Positions 63,434 through 64,000 of a stretch of DNA of 64,000 nucleotides are shown here, one piece after another. The notes under the pieces are model-generated. The model was given only the letters and a program-made list of their open reading frames with translations. It did not search any database and was not told the origin of the DNA. Positions within the stretch are counted from its first letter, which is position 1. Each line of letters opens with the position of its first letter. Origin of the DNA: Acidobacteriota bacterium (GTDB taxonomy: Bacteria > Acidobacteriota > UBA890 > WLXD01); NCBI GenBank assembly GCA_965205505.1, contig CBDBHB010000009.1, positions 256,001 to 320,000 of the forward strand, given 5' to 3'. Made by a program: the position numbers and the translations under genes.

Positions 63434-64000
63434 ATGAGTCCGAGTCCTTCGCGCCCGGCAGCCGGAGCCGGGCGGTGCGCCGGTCGGATCGGCCTGGCGA
63501 TCGCGGTCGTGATGGGGCTGAGCAGCTTCGGCACGATGGTCGGCGCAAATGTCCGGGCCGCCGGTGCGTTGTCTGCACATCAGGTCGATCTGAATGCCTA
63601 TCCGAAGCTCCGATCGCGCGACCTACCAGAGCGTTTCCGGGTCTGGCTCGAGGAGGAGGTTGTCTGGATCATCACCGAGCCCGAGCGCGATGTGTTCCTC
63701 CGTCTCGACTCCGACGAGAAGCGTGATCGGTTCGTCGATGCGTTTTGGGAGCGTCGAGACCCTACCCCGGGGACGCCGCGCAACGAGTACGTTCCGATTC
63801 ACTACGAGCGGCTGGCGTATGCCACTCGTCAGTTCGGCCGCGTCTCTCCGGGGCCTGGCTGGCGCACCGACATGGGCCGTATCTACGTGTTGCTCGGCGA
63901 GCCTCAAACTCGCTCACGACACCACAACGACGCCAACCTATACCCGGTCGAGGTCTGGTTCTATCAGATGGATCCGCGCCTGGGAGTTCCGACCTTTTTC
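63434..64000 (+). CDS. GWxTD-domain protein (runs off the window end)
   Basis: WLEEEVVWIITEPE...FWERRDPTPGTPRNE...GWRTDMGRIYVLLGEP. Not in the ORF track. Confidence 0.93.
   Translation, partial: MSPSPSRPAAGAGRCAGRIGLAIAVVMGLSSFGTMVGANVRAAGALSAHQVDLNAYPKLRSRDLPERFRVWLEEEVVWIITEPERDVFLRLDSDEKRDRFVDAFWERRDPTPGTPRNEYVPIHYERLAYATRQFGRVSPGPGWRTDMGRIYVLLGEPQTRSRHHNDANLYPVEVWFYQMDPRLGVPTFF

Noticed and set aside
45921-63580. Long antisense ORFs (45921-47543, 59734-60990, 61015-62244, 62300-63580)
   Set aside because: Shadow frames of real genes in GC-rich DNA, with no protein motifs.

Overview
GC-rich bacterial DNA, probably Acidobacteriota. This is inferred from the GWxTD protein, the VPS10/BNR hydrolase, the CRTAC1/ASPIC-UnbV protein and a Ser/Thr-kinase fragment. 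About 1-57.1 kb is a decayed mobile/defence island. It holds many IS3-family copies and fragments (mostly IS407 group), IS630, a probable IS1595 end, an IS110/IS1111-type element, three tRNA 3' halves (att relics) and a large serine recombinase. It also holds about 25 abutting gene fragments, mostly C-terminal and often from restriction/defence genes. Genes that look intact include a PHB-depolymerase-type esterase, SaoD/DsrE, a CAAX protease, HigBA, a D-Ala-D-Ala dipeptidase, M23 and M48 peptidases, a peroxiredoxin, DUF429, an HNH nuclease, a GT-C membrane protein, McrBC and NfeD-SPFH. From 57.6 kb on the genes look like intact core genes. The strongest leads are: (1) an IS1111-type 3' non-coding region with bridge/seekRNA architecture whose guide matches the CTAG terminus of the nested palindromic MITE it sits against; (2) a UG/Abi-like (DRT-type) reverse transcriptase, cut by an IS, preceded by a structured 172-nt intergenic region and a PD-(D/E)XK-like nuclease; (3) McrBC with a long two-domain N-terminus between two identical IS407 copies. 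Family names come from motif recognition by eye; no database searches were run.
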